64,000 nt of DNA, from positions 1-64,000 of the IMG/VR virus record IMGVR_UViG_3300028591_000129. The stretch is one strand, 5' to 3'. The stretch is from a virus (Duplodnaviria; Caudoviricetes). Each line of letters starts with the position of its first letter. Position 1 is the first letter of the stretch. The notes under the pieces are model-generated. The model did no database searches, was not told the DNA's origin, and saw nothing but the letters and a program-made list of their open reading frames with translations. The position numbers were made by a program, and so were the translations under genes. Below, piece by piece: positions 10,174 to 19,946 of this stretch.

Positions 10174-11022
10174 TTACATTCCGCAACCGCAGGTGTTCTG
10201 ATTGCACTGAAAAATCGGGGTGCGTCCGAAGACCGGCGTACTGGGCACGGGGCAATTGGAAAGTCTGTTATACAGCGCGTCAACTTCGTCACTAAAGCCT
10301 TTCTGAATAAAGGCGTTCTGTGCCGTCTGTGAAGCGGAAAGACTTGCCATATTGAGTTGTGTTCTGAGGTTATCGTTTTCCCTCTTATAGCCGTCAAGCT
10401 CAAGCTGACAAAGCTTATCAAGGATAGCCTGCGTGTTTGCTGTGCTGTTCTGACGTGTAGCACAAGCCTCGGAAGCGATAGTGTACTTAACGTCGGATAC
10501 TGCTGATTTTTGGTCGCAACAACATTGTGCGAGCTGTGCCTGAATAGCCTGCATACCCTGTGTGCTTGCTGTCTGTGCGTTAAAGCTTCTCTCAAGGTCT
10601 GCAAGCTGATTAGCATACATTTGCTGTGCAAGTGCATTCTGTGCACCTGTCACGCTTGCTGTGACACCTGCGAAACCTGAACAGAGCTGTTGAGAAATAT
10701 TCCCACCAAGTCCGCAAAGTTGAGTTGAGAGCCCTGACACACCGTCACGAATAGAGGTAACATTGTCGTTAAGAAGAGCGTTTTGGAATCCGTTATTGGT
10801 GTTGTTGTTGATAGCAGACTGTCCATTAAGAAGCCAAGGAAAGTCGTAACCAACCATAGCGTTGCCAAAGCCACCGCCGAAGCCGTTACCCCAACCGCCA
10901 CCTGCGCACAAGAGCAGTAAGATAATCCAGCCCCAATCTCCGCCAAAGCCGAAACCGCCATTACCGTAACCTGCGTATGCGGGTGCGACAGGCATTGTTG
11001 TTACTACGTTTGAATCTGTCAT
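10174..11022 (-). CDS. Gly-rich membrane-anchored coiled-coil protein with CCC motif
   Basis: GGDWGWIILLLLCAGGGWG hydrophobic segment, Q/A-rich heptads, QLAQCCCD, C-terminal CGCG. Confidence 0.85.
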   Translation of the reverse strand: MTDSNVVTTMPVAPAYAGYGNGGFGFGGDWGWIILLLLCAGGGWGNGFGGGFGNAMVGYDFPWLLNGQSAINNNTNNGFQNALLNDNVTSIRDGVSGLSTQLCGLGGNISQQLCSGFAGVTASVTGAQNALAQQMYANQLADLERSFNAQTASTQGMQAIQAQLAQCCCDQKSAVSDVKYTIASEACATRQNSTANTQAILDKLCQLELDGYKRENDNLRTQLNMASLSASQTAQNAFIQKGFSDEVDALYNRLSNCPVPSTPVFGRTPIFQCNQNTCGCGM

Positions 11023-11336
11023 AGTGTTTCTCCTTTACTGTGTTTTTATTTCCTATCGTTGCAACTAATAGAAATCGAGTTAACTAATTCGTTTAACTCA
11101 CGTACACGAGTTAAACTTGAGTTAAAGTGTCAGTTGGAAATAAAAGAGTGAAAGTGATACACTGTAATTGCCACGACTTATGGACAGACAATGTCCCACT
11201 TTCTTCCCCGTAGTTATTTGCCTATGACTACGGGGTCTTTATTTCAGTTAATTTTGTGTTAATTTGCGTTTAATTAAAGAAAATCGTCAGAAATTTTAAT
11301 TAATTTCAGTCTTTTTTGGTTTAATTAAAGCGTATT

Positions 11337-11573
11337 TTACTTAAGCAGATTTTGTATCTGCGGGTCATTCTTCATCTGCATTACCCTGTTAACGTCAGCC
11401 TGCGACACCTGATTAGTGTTAAGTAAGTGCTGAAGTATCTCGTTAGGGTCATTCATATTCTGCGGAATGTTAAACCGTTGTGATAAGACCGCCATAGGGT
11501 TTTGCTTGAACTGTGCAAGCATATTGACCATAGGATTAGGTTGTTGGAACTGTTGATACATTGGACTTGCCAT
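11337..11573 (-). CDS. Gln/Asn/Met-rich small protein
   Basis: QNPM/NDPNEILQHL repeats, operonic. Confidence 0.75.
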   Translation of the reverse strand: MASPMYQQFQQPNPMVNMLAQFKQNPMAVLSQRFNIPQNMNDPNEILQHLLNTNQVSQADVNRVMQMKNDPQIQNLLK

Positions 11574-11576
11574 ACA

Positions 11577-11990
11577 TTATTCCCCCTTTGTCGTCTTCCT
11601 TATGGGTGTCGGTTTGTTAGCTTGCTCTATTTCCGCCCTGACAGCCTCTTTAAATGCGTTGAACTCGTCACGAGATACATAATCCGTTTTAGGCTGTACC
11701 GCGTTATTTGGGGCTGTATTCTCGCTCTTACGCTCCGTGTAATCGAATACCCTTAACGGTAAGGGCATACCGCTTTGGTCAGTTGATTTGATATACATAA
11801 CAGGGTTCTCACTGTCCATAAGCAAGATAGACTGTCCTGCCATTACAGGATACGACTTTGCGCTCGCCTCACCTTGTACCCACGTTATCCCGTTGCTCTG
11901 TGTGGGCTGTGGCGTCGTCGGTGCTGTCGGTTGAGTGCCATAAAGTGACGTTTGTGGATAGAACGGTGAATAATAGTTAGGATAAGCCAT
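11577..11990 (-). CDS. Hypothetical protein of the CCC cassette
   Basis: Y/P/Q-rich N-terminus, WVQGEASAKSYPV...LLMDSE...YIKSTD core. Confidence 0.8.
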   Translation of the reverse strand: MAYPNYYSPFYPQTSLYGTQPTAPTTPQPTQSNGITWVQGEASAKSYPVMAGQSILLMDSENPVMYIKSTDQSGMPLPLRVFDYTERKSENTAPNNAVQPKTDYVSRDEFNAFKEAVRAEIEQANKPTPIRKTTKGE

Positions 11991-11992
11991 AA

Positions 11993-12373
11993 TTAAAACT
12001 CCTTCTCAAAGTAATACAAAACGACTTCGTCTCCGCTGTTCCAAGTATCGTAGTAGTCTCCGTCTACGACGGTGACAACGTGACTTTGACAGGTGAGAAC
12101 GTAAATACCCTCGGGGTGCTCGTCAGCAAATTGGGCAACGGTGGTACATTTAGGGCATACTGAAGCAATCATCTTTTGGACATATCCGTACTTTCTCAAG
12201 TACATTCCCCACACGTAATTTGCTGACGGCATATCTGCGTATATCAGTCCCTCACTGCATAATCCAAGATACGCCTCTTCCCAACTTTTGCCTGTTGCCT
12301 TGCTGACCGCTCTTACCGAGCAGTCCCCTACTAAAGAGTTACGTGGATTAGGATTGAAGTAGATAAAGGACAT
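11993..12373 (-). CDS. Putative small papain-fold Cys protein
   Basis: NPNP...GDCSVRA...SHVVTVVDG.YYDTW gives a Cys-His-Asp arrangement. Confidence 0.65.
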   Translation of the reverse strand: MSFIYFNPNPRNSLVGDCSVRAVSKATGKSWEEAYLGLCSEGLIYADMPSANYVWGMYLRKYGYVQKMIASVCPKCTTVAQFADEHPEGIYVLTCQSHVVTVVDGDYYDTWNSGDEVVLYYFEKEF

Positions 12374-12522
12374 ATACGAGACCCCCTGTAAGTCTCATTC
12401 TGTCAGAGCGTGCCTGCGTATAAAATGAAGTATGCGTGCAGTTTTCAGGCAACATAAAACCCCCACGTCTCCGTGAGGGCTCTATGTGTTTAAGAAAGGA
12501 ATTAAAATATGTCCGAAAACCG

Positions 12523-12798
12523 TCAAATGTGTTTAAACAGTATCCATTCGCATTTTGATATGACGTCTTTTATCTGTCTTACCGACATTCGCATTTCGTC
12601 TGCAAGAGGCTCATAGCAGATACCGTCTATCAGTCTGCGTTTCATTATCTTCCTGTCGCGTTCCGAGTGTATCCATTGGTCGATTGCGTTTGATACCTCG
12701 TCTGTCTCATACTCACGGAAAACATTCTCAATGTCCGTGTTCGTGAAACCGCTTAAGTCGATATGAAGTACGCTGTTGAGAATATCATACAGTCTCAT
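12523..12798 (-). CDS. Sigma-region-4-like HTH protein
   Basis: ERDRKIMKRRLIDGICYEPLADEMRMSVRQIK. Confidence 0.7.
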   Translation of the reverse strand: MRLYDILNSVLHIDLSGFTNTDIENVFREYETDEVSNAIDQWIHSERDRKIMKRRLIDGICYEPLADEMRMSVRQIKDVISKCEWILFKHI

Positions 12799-12831
12799 TA
12801 ACTTCGTCTGCGACGAGTTCCGTTACTTCCG

Positions 12832-13140
12832 TTACGGCGTACTCTCGATACTCTCCGTCTCCTGCGTACTGTTACTGTCTGTGCCATAGTCAATGTCTCC
12901 TGCACCGACGATATTAACTCCATTGCCGTCCTGTGAAGCTTCAACCTCTACCGTGTCTTCGTATACGTAGTCATAAGAATTCCACGCGATAAGCCACGCC
13001 AAGTTTGTGCCCACAAGCATTACTATCAGAACGAGGATAGTAACATTACGCCAAGTGTCGTTTCTTTCGTCTTTCGCCTGCATACGCTCGAAAGCTATAC
13101 GGCTCATTGTTATGTTATCATTATTCTCGTCCATAGTCAC
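12832..13140 (-). CDS. Single-pass membrane protein
   Basis: VTILVLIVMLVGTNLAWLIAW hydrophobic segment, acidic tail. Confidence 0.7.
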   Translation of the reverse strand: MTMDENNDNITMSRIAFERMQAKDERNDTWRNVTILVLIVMLVGTNLAWLIAWNSYDYVYEDTVEVEASQDGNGVNIVGAGDIDYGTDSNSTQETESIESTP

Positions 13141-13295
13141 TCCTGTTCTCTTACAGTTTGCCTTCGATAGCTTTATCTATGGCATAACGTAAGAACGCTG
13201 TCTTGTTCTCACAGTTATCAAGGAAGTCCAAATACTTCTTGTCAGAGTCCTTCCTAAATCTGAAATGAACAAATCTGCACTTTTCATTGTACCTC

Positions 13296-13526
13296 TTAAA
13301 CTTCTCTTCCATTACCGTTTTCCTCCTTTTTCATTACTGCATTCCAATAGAGTGACGCTTCCATTGAAGTTGTGCCTATGTCTGTGCTTACCTTGCACAC
13401 GTCACACGACATATAACTGCCACTTGGTGTTATATACTCTGAAATCTTCGTGTTACCACATATGCGACACGGATTACAGTAGTTATCTCGTCTTGGCATT
13501 GCCTTTTCACTCTGCATTCTCCCCAC
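13296..13526 (-). CDS. Lar-like Zn-finger small protein
   Basis: PCRICG...CDVC...EASLYWN pattern. Confidence 0.45.
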   Translation of the reverse strand: MGRMQSEKAMPRRDNYCNPCRICGNTKISEYITPSGSYMSCDVCKVSTDIGTTSMEASLYWNAVMKKEENGNGREV

Positions 13527-13776
13527 TCCTCTCCAAGGTGTACTTTGTCACGTATGTCTGCATTTTGTTCTTGCAGGTATACCGTTCTTTGCTCCGTCGG
13601 ATTACTGCTCCGTTCTGTTCTATCTGTTTGATAATCTTGCCTACCCCTGCACACCCATATAAGTCGAATGCTTCCCTCGTGGTTATGCTTCCGTGTTCTA
13701 TCAGGTGCGTATAGATAGTGTAATACTGTGCTGTCATTTGTTCTCTCCAAACAGCTCCGAATGACACCTTGTGCAA
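13507..13776 (-). CDS. Winged-HTH protein
   Basis: HLIEHGSITTREAFDLYG...VTKYTL. Confidence 0.6.
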   Translation of the reverse strand: MHKVSFGAVWREQMTAQYYTIYTHLIEHGSITTREAFDLYGCAGVGKIIKQIEQNGAVIRRSKERYTCKNKMQTYVTKYTLERSGENAE

Positions 13777-13932
13777 ACATACCCGTTACCGAGTGCGACC
13801 ATTTTAAGTGTCCTTTGATTGACACTATGCCTGCCACACCGCCAACAGCGTCTCTTCGCCCAATTCTGTATCATTTGTTCCGTAGCCTTATCCATTATTC
13901 TTGCCTCTCTCGTGCCCTTTGCACCACTCTAC

Positions 13933-14875
13933 TCATTCCTCTTCCTCGTCTTCCTCATAAGATAGCCTTGCCAAGTCTACCGCTCTTTGCAACGCGTCGA
14001 GACCGTCGCGTGAAGTAAACTTGAGAATGACAGGTGCGATTGACTTGTTTATCATTTCGTCAGTGACCGTGTCAAACCGCCCACAACGCTCGTTAAGAGC
14101 CTCTATCATAATGACAGGGCAATTCTCATACTCTGCCACGGTCAGCGATATTTCGCCGTTTCCGAACGGAATAACGCTTGCACAATGCAACCTATATCTC
14201 TCGATATTCTTGTCTGACCGTCTCTTACCCATATCACTCTACCTCATTAGTCTTTAATGACCCTTTACAATTATTACAATATCTATAATCATTAATAGAA
14301 CGACCATATGGAACAAACAACTCATTCTTACACTTCGGGCAACGATAAAGTGAACCACCTATCGTCAATTTCGGATTAAGACGTACTTGTTCCCAAGCAG
14401 GTATATTTTTAGTAAGTAAAAAATCTGACATATCAATCTACCTCAAACAAACACTCTTCTCGATAGTTGTTATTTGCCCACGCTGAAATCAACGCAAGGT
14501 TCTTGTACATACCTGTCGAACGGCACTCTATCTGCGTGCCCCACTCGTTGATAAACCTTTGGTCTTTAGACTGAAGCACCACATAGCTGTTATTGCTTCC
14601 CTCTGAAATTGTAACTATCATTCGTTCTCCCCTCTTGTCTTTATCTCTTTTGACATATTCACCTGAATGTCCGCCATTGCCTTATTGACCGCCATACGCT
14701 GTCTAACCCAAGTGTCAGCCGTTCTACGGTTAACATAGTGCCCGTTTTCACCCGTACAGGCTTCGCAGTCGCATACACCGTAACTCGGACAACTTGGGTA
14801 TGTGCAAGTCTTCACGGTGTACCCTTGTACGTAATCCTCGTTAAAGAAATAACAGTCAGTCCTGTACTTGCTCAT
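13933..14875 (-). other. Four small hypothetical ORFs (13933..14232, 14234..14431, 14433..14621, 14618..14875)
   Basis: Contiguous minus-strand ORFs with SD sites, two Cys-rich. Confidence 0.6.
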
Positions 14876-15044
14876 TTTCCGTCCCCGTCAGCTTTTCTGC
14901 AATGCCTAACAGACCGCCGACAACGCGTGTCAGTCCGTCTATCTGCTTCTGTTGGTGTTCGACTAAAGTGACCACGCCATCGATAAGCTTGAGCAGGTCG
15001 TCATATTCTGAATTCGTCATATTTTCCCTCTCTTTCTATGAGTT

Positions 15045-15310
15045 ATTAACATCTTTGCCGTGTCCTGCCGTCCCCTTTCCAACGGCTTGCTATCCACGCG
15101 AGATAGTCAGGGTTGCCTCACTTAAGGGCTTGGCTCACATTTCTATACCGCACAACAGGACTCCGTGCGGTCGAGGACTTTATCGTCAGAGGCTTACACG
15201 GTCACACTGCGACCTAATCGCTCCATTTTCTGCTCTGCTTCCACTCCGTCGAGGGTTTTAATGACTTGTCCTTGTCTTTGTACTTGTCAAGCTTCGTTGC
15301 TTGTGAGTAT
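15045..15310 (-). ncRNA. Candidate structured leader/ncRNA
   Basis: ~260 nt without a credible ORF after a TTGACA promoter; at least four short hairpins. Confidence 0.35.
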
Positions 15311-15493
15311 AAGGTAACACAGTTCATAATCTTTGTCAATACCACTTGGAAAGAAATTTTTGTGGGCAACATAAAAGCCCCGTGACGCGGAACGAGGCTC
15401 TTATGCTGAACTGATGTGCCTGTTGAGTTATCGTGAGTACTAACTATATGGAGGATAGTTACCTATGTCAAACCGCGTCTATACCCAACTGTA

Positions 15494-16264
15494 TCAACCC
15501 TTGAGCAAGCGTGACCAAGATTTTTGTCCGCATATGCCATCGGGGTTCATATTCCACGCCTGCTGTGCCTGCTTGAGAGCGTGAACGCTGTTACTGCCGA
15601 ACTGCCCGTCCACGGTCAACTGCTTGTTGTTCGCGCCCTTGAAGCCCTTGGAATTGAGCATAATCTGCATTGTCTTTACCTGCTCGCCTACCGAGCCAAA
15701 ACTTAATACTTGCATTTCAATCATACACGTTTCTCCTGTCGGTGTTGGTGTGGGTGTCGGCTGTGGCTTGTCTGCCACTAATGACCAATTTGGTCTTCCA
15801 TAGCCTGCTATATGTCCGTCTGCAATGGAATAATAATTCTTCCTTACAGCGTTGTTACTGTTTCCCTCTATTGTTACTACCTGTGAGCCTGATACTGCAA
15901 CTACCATTCCTGTATGATTTATCTCGCCCCCAACGTAAAAGAAGATTTGGTCGCCTGTCTGTGGCTTTGAATAGAACGCCTTATTCTGCTTGTAATATCC
16001 CGCCGAGAACTTGCAACCTGCACCTGCTGACTTTACAGGCTGATACAACATACGCCTTGCGGTCTCTTCTCCGAATGACGTAACGTGTGTCCAATCATAC
16101 CATAAATCACACCATTCCGCGCCTTGCTTCTTGGTATTGTAGAACGTGGGGTATTTGGTATCAAAGTCGTGAGCGTACTTGGTAATGTTCTTACCTTGCT
16201 CTGTGTACCCTATCTCTTTAGTAGCTGTTTCTATCAGCTTGTTTCTTGCTTCCAATTCAGTCAT
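15494..16264 (-). CDS. Endolysin: CHAP domain plus peptidoglycan-binding domain
   Basis: EWCD, NHTGMV, TIEGNS; PTPTPT linker; VDGQFG and PDGICG PG-binding repeats. Confidence 0.92.
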   Translation of the reverse strand: MTELEARNKLIETATKEIGYTEQGKNITKYAHDFDTKYPTFYNTKKQGAEWCDLWYDWTHVTSFGEETARRMLYQPVKSAGAGCKFSAGYYKQNKAFYSKPQTGDQIFFYVGGEINHTGMVVAVSGSQVVTIEGNSNNAVRKNYYSIADGHIAGYGRPNWSLVADKPQPTPTPTPTGETCMIEMQVLSFGSVGEQVKTMQIMLNSKGFKGANNKQLTVDGQFGSNSVHALKQAQQAWNMNPDGICGQKSWSRLLKG

Positions 16265-16348
16265 TCTTACTTATCTCCCTGAAATAGATTGCAACCACTA
16301 CGACAATTGTCACACACGCTAATACGAACGCGATAAAGTCCGCCTTGC

Positions 16349-16696
16349 TCATTGCTTTGCGTCTCTCTCTTCTCTGCTCTTAACGTACTCTCTGACTTCG
16401 TCAATACGATTGAACGCAGTCTTGAGGTCACGCTTGATAACCGCTATCTCTTCACCGTGTTCGGCAAGTGTCTTGTTCATAGCCTTTATGTCCGCTCGTG
16501 TCTCGTTAGTCGTGGCACATACTTGGTCTAACTTCATATTAGCCTTGAACACGCCTGACTGTAATTCAGCGTATTCTTTCTCGTATTCTTTTACGCTTGC
16601 CTTGCTGTTACGCACTTGAGCGATAATGAAAGTAGACACACCAACTATCATCATAACGGCGGATATGGCTGTCTTGATAAACTCGTTAACGTCCAC
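16349..16696 (-). CDS. Membrane-anchored coiled-coil lysis-region protein (holin/XhlA-like)
   Basis: N-terminal TM segment then heptads; next to endolysin. Confidence 0.65.
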   Translation of the reverse strand: MDVNEFIKTAISAVMMIVGVSTFIIAQVRNSKASVKEYEKEYAELQSGVFKANMKLDQVCATTNETRADIKAMNKTLAEHGEEIAVIKRDLKTAFNRIDEVREYVKSREERDAKQ

Positions 16697-16699
16697 TTC

Positions 16700-16903
16700 T
16701 TATTCTCCTATGTGTCCGCCGTCAGCAAGTCCCTCGCCTACTATATATGCCACAACTACTGCCCCAGCCATAATGATTGCGGATACCTTTTCTGCTTTCT
16801 CGGTGTCGCCTGTGAAGTAAATGATAAGCATAGATACGAAAGTGGCAATAGCAAACCAAAACTTTCTACTCGTAAGCTTTCTCTTCCAATCAATCTTATT
16901 CAT
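16700..16903 (-). CDS. Holin
   Basis: DWKRKLTSRKFW plus two TM segments, AYIVGEGLAD. Confidence 0.85.
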   Translation of the reverse strand: MNKIDWKRKLTSRKFWFAIATFVSMLIIYFTGDTEKAEKVSAIIMAGAVVVAYIVGEGLADGGHIGE

Positions 16904-17275
16904 AGTATCGTCCCCCTTAAGTTGAGTATAACACACCTACGGTTATGACGCAGGGATAAATAGCAATGTAATCTCAAAAGTGCCACTGCCTGTTCCCACG
17001 CGTCACACTCTACCTGTGTACAGGTATTAGTGTTATCACCGTTTCCGTACGGTATACCGTTCTTCATTATTATGCCTGACATTCTATCTTACCTCTCACG
17101 TCGCCCACGATAGTTCCACCGCCTTACTCACCTCGTAAATATCTGCAACGATTACCTCTAAAAATGCACCCTTCATAAATGAAATCGTGATAAATACATT
17201 CGGGACAATTATAGCCGTGAAGTTTGCACATTCTTCGCTTTTTAATTGCTTTGATAATCTTGTTCAGCATAGTTT

Positions 17276-17473
17276 TTACCGCCTTATAAACACGCTTCGC
17301 TGTATAGCCTTCGCCCTTTCTTTAATATCATCACAAAGATAGCCGTCAGCTTTTTCGATAGCAAATACAATTTCGCTTATTGCGTCATCAGTCCTGCCGT
17401 CAAAAATAAATCGAATTGCGTTGTTTAACATATCGCAACTCGGATATTGCCCTATTAAATTCTTTTTACTCAT
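17276..17473 (-). CDS. Hypothetical protein
   Basis: ORF with SD, overlaps upstream stop. Confidence 0.5.
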   Translation of the reverse strand: MSKKNLIGQYPSCDMLNNAIRFIFDGRTDDAISEIVFAIEKADGYLCDDIKERAKAIQRSVFIRR

Positions 17474-17645
17474 TATCAGCCTCCCCTCGTATCTGCCATA
17501 GTTTTACCTTCCTAAACTTATAAAGCCTGTTATCTCGACACCAAACGCAACTGCCGTGATTTCGGCAAGTACAATCTACCGCTTTACTTCCTCTGTATTG
17601 CTTACGATATTCCTTGCCGTGTTGTATAGCTTTATCAAGGCTCAT
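17466..17645 (-). CDS. 59-aa Cys/His-rich small protein (not in ORF track)
   Basis: Hand-translated MSLDKAIQHGKEYRKQY...DCTCRNHGSCVWCRDNR; SD AAGGCGG. Confidence 0.6.
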   Translation of the reverse strand: MSLDKAIQHGKEYRKQYRGSKAVDCTCRNHGSCVWCRDNRLYKFRKVKLWQIRGEADNE

Positions 17646-17658
17646 AGTGTTTACCGCC

Positions 17659-18246
17659 TTAATTCTTTATATATGTAATACCGCCGTGTATTTGGTCATT
17701 ATTTGTATTAGGTAATACTTGCCAAGTAGATGCGTCAATTACATATACTGTATTTTCACCAATGGATATAACAACAGGCTTTGAAGAAGTGAAATTCCAA
17801 GCAACGAAACGTAAAAACTTACTTGTAGTGTAATTAGCCATTACTTGATATATGGAAGAAACAGGACAACCTTTCATACCTAATGTATATATGTTATCAA
17901 TATGACTAATTGTAATGGTTGTACCATCTACATCAACTATTGGTGTTGACAAACTGTCCAACTTATCCGCCACACTAACACCGCTTGAATACTCGATGTC
18001 ATCTGCGGTCAAAGCAGAGATAATCTCGTCAATTGTTGCACTATCCCACTTTGTACTATCCCAAGTACCTGTAACGTTATCGTCATTACAGACATATAGC
18101 ACATCATTGTATATACGTCTATCGCCTGTATTATAAGTCTGCGTGGGGTCATATACGTCGGCAATATTTGGATTAGCCACATCGCCGCCCTCTCCTAAAT
18201 GCACATTCCCGAATATCTGTCGTCCATTGATTATCGCTTTTCCCAT
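17659..18246 (-). CDS. Tail fibre/adhesin-like protein with CBM5/12-like motif
   Basis: YDPTQTYNTGDRRIYNDVLYVC...WDSTKW. Confidence 0.65.
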   Translation of the reverse strand: MGKAIINGRQIFGNVHLGEGGDVANPNIADVYDPTQTYNTGDRRIYNDVLYVCNDDNVTGTWDSTKWDSATIDEIISALTADDIEYSSGVSVADKLDSLSTPIVDVDGTTITISHIDNIYTLGMKGCPVSSIYQVMANYTTSKFLRFVAWNFTSSKPVVISIGENTVYVIDASTWQVLPNTNNDQIHGGITYIKN

Positions 18247-18259
18247 AGTTTTTACCACC

Positions 18260-18907
18260 TTAATTGCCGTGCATAAAGATAAATATTTCAACATCCGTTG
18301 CCGTGCTTGATTGACCAGCCGCAAACGCAAATTGAAACGATGTTGCCGTTATACTTTGTGCTAAAACTAACACACCTATCGGATATGCGTTTTCTGATAA
18401 AGGTTGCATAAATATTTTTGGTGGATTAGTAAATCCGTATGATGATATATCAACTGTAATAAAAGCACTTCTATAAAATGCACCCATCGTGGTATTGATA
18501 GCTGTATTAAAAGTTAATTTATCAACTTTTATCTCACTCAACTTATCCGCCACACTAACACCTTGAGAATATGGAATATCCTCTGCTGTCGTTTCAACAT
18601 CGGTTTCAACGTAGATAGTCCCATTATTCTTCTCTGCGGAAGTTAAGGCTTCGTATTCTGCGTGTTCTAATTCCTTAACTGCGTGATATTCTTCGTCAAG
18701 GCAATATATAAGAGCCTTATCGGTTATCTTATATATCGAGCCATTCATCTTTTCAGAAGAAGGCAAGGCTGTGTATTCTGCCATTGTTTTCTGTATTACA
18801 GAAGCACCTCCACCACCGCCTTGAGCAATAGCTTCAAGAGCAGTAGCCATTCGCTTACCTACATCATTTCTTAATACTTTTGCACTATCAGGTAATTCTG
18901 TCGGCAT
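18260..18907 (-). CDS. Tail fibre-associated protein
   Basis: Two AEYxAL...EKxNGxIY repeats, C-terminal beta domain. Confidence 0.65.
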   Translation of the reverse strand: MPTELPDSAKVLRNDVGKRMATALEAIAQGGGGGASVIQKTMAEYTALPSSEKMNGSIYKITDKALIYCLDEEYHAVKELEHAEYEALTSAEKNNGTIYVETDVETTAEDIPYSQGVSVADKLSEIKVDKLTFNTAINTTMGAFYRSAFITVDISSYGFTNPPKIFMQPLSENAYPIGVLVLAQSITATSFQFAFAAGQSSTATDVEIFIFMHGN

Positions 18908-18919
18908 ATCGTATTCTCC

Positions 18920-19093
18920 TTACACACTGTCTACTTGGCACAAGCCACCGTCTTCGTCAAGATAAAAACCAAGGTGATATATTGAACCTAAATTCGATGT
19001 ATCAAGTTGATTAGTTCTTGCGGTTTTGTCTTTAATATAATAATTGTTATTATCATTCGGTAACTTGAATGACGAAACGTCAATATCTGCCAT
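18920..19093 (-). CDS. 57-aa tail-region protein (not in ORF track)
   Basis: Hand-translated MADIDVSSFKLPNDNNNYYIKDKTAR..., resembles N-terminus of 19106..19933; SD AAGGAG. Confidence 0.55.
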   Translation of the reverse strand: MADIDVSSFKLPNDNNNYYIKDKTARTNQLDTSNLGSIYHLGFYLDEDGGLCQVDSV

Positions 19094-19105
19094 AAAGTCT
19101 CCTTA

Positions 19106-19933
19106 TCAAGCGTTAGACTTCGGTGTGACTGTGATAGTCGTGCTGTTGGAAGTGAACGACTGTCCTGAAGCCGTTGCCGTTCCTACGCCTGTGACTGCCG
19201 TTACAGGGTCATTGCTTCCTACTGTGATTGTCTGTGCACTTGCTGTGTTTCCTGTGGAAGGAAGAGCCGTTACAACCTCGACTGCCGTGCCCGCTGTCGG
19301 CACTGTACCTGCGTCCCAACCGATAGTAAGCTCTTCGTTTGCAACCGTGCCTGTCCAAGACGGTGCTGAACCTGCCGAACCGAACGGTGTGACACTTGCC
19401 GTCGTCGGTGTGCCGAGTGTGACAGCAGAGTCAGCAGTCGTGAATGTTGTATCTGCACCAAGGACACTGTCTGTCGTGCCACCGCTGAATGATACAGAGC
19501 TTGAGTTAGCCGTTCCTGACACGGTGAATGTACTCTCACCCTCGTCAGCGTATGCGAAGTTACCGAGTGTACCTACGGAAGAGCCAAGCTGTTGCCAAGC
19601 AGGCGTTGCAAGGTTACCATTAAAGATATACTCAACGTGGTTAGCGTCCTGTACAATGTCACCGTTAACAGCCGTTACTGACGAACTGCCAATAGTGATA
19701 GGGTTTGTCGTTGCACCGTCGGAAAGTGTCGTGCTCGTAACACCTAACCAATGCGTAGCGTTTGCAAGCGATTCGATAGCTGTCTCAACGTCGGTCAGTC
19801 GCTTTTCTGCACCGCTTGTTGTACCGTCACCAACCCAATCTCTGACGTCCGCGTCTTTGAAGTAATATGAATTACCGCTCGGAAGCGTCATCTTTGCTAA
19901 TACAGGTACTTTTGTCCAAGAAATCGAAGCCAT
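19106..19933 (-). CDS. Thr/Ser/Gly-rich virion fibre protein
   Basis: Composition and position in tail module. Confidence 0.65.
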   Translation of the reverse strand: MASISWTKVPVLAKMTLPSGNSYYFKDADVRDWVGDGTTSGAEKRLTDVETAIESLANATHWLGVTSTTLSDGATTNPITIGSSSVTAVNGDIVQDANHVEYIFNGNLATPAWQQLGSSVGTLGNFAYADEGESTFTVSGTANSSSVSFSGGTTDSVLGADTTFTTADSAVTLGTPTTASVTPFGSAGSAPSWTGTVANEELTIGWDAGTVPTAGTAVEVVTALPSTGNTASAQTITVGSNDPVTAVTGVGTATASGQSFTSNSTTITVTPKSNA

Positions 19934-19946
19934 ATTTTTTTCTCCT

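Noticed and set aside
15110-15195. Hammerhead-like CTGACGA...GAAA core on the minus strand
   Set aside because: Stem II closure is poor, stem III does not form, and the cleavage triplet would be GUG; kept only as a generic structured leader.
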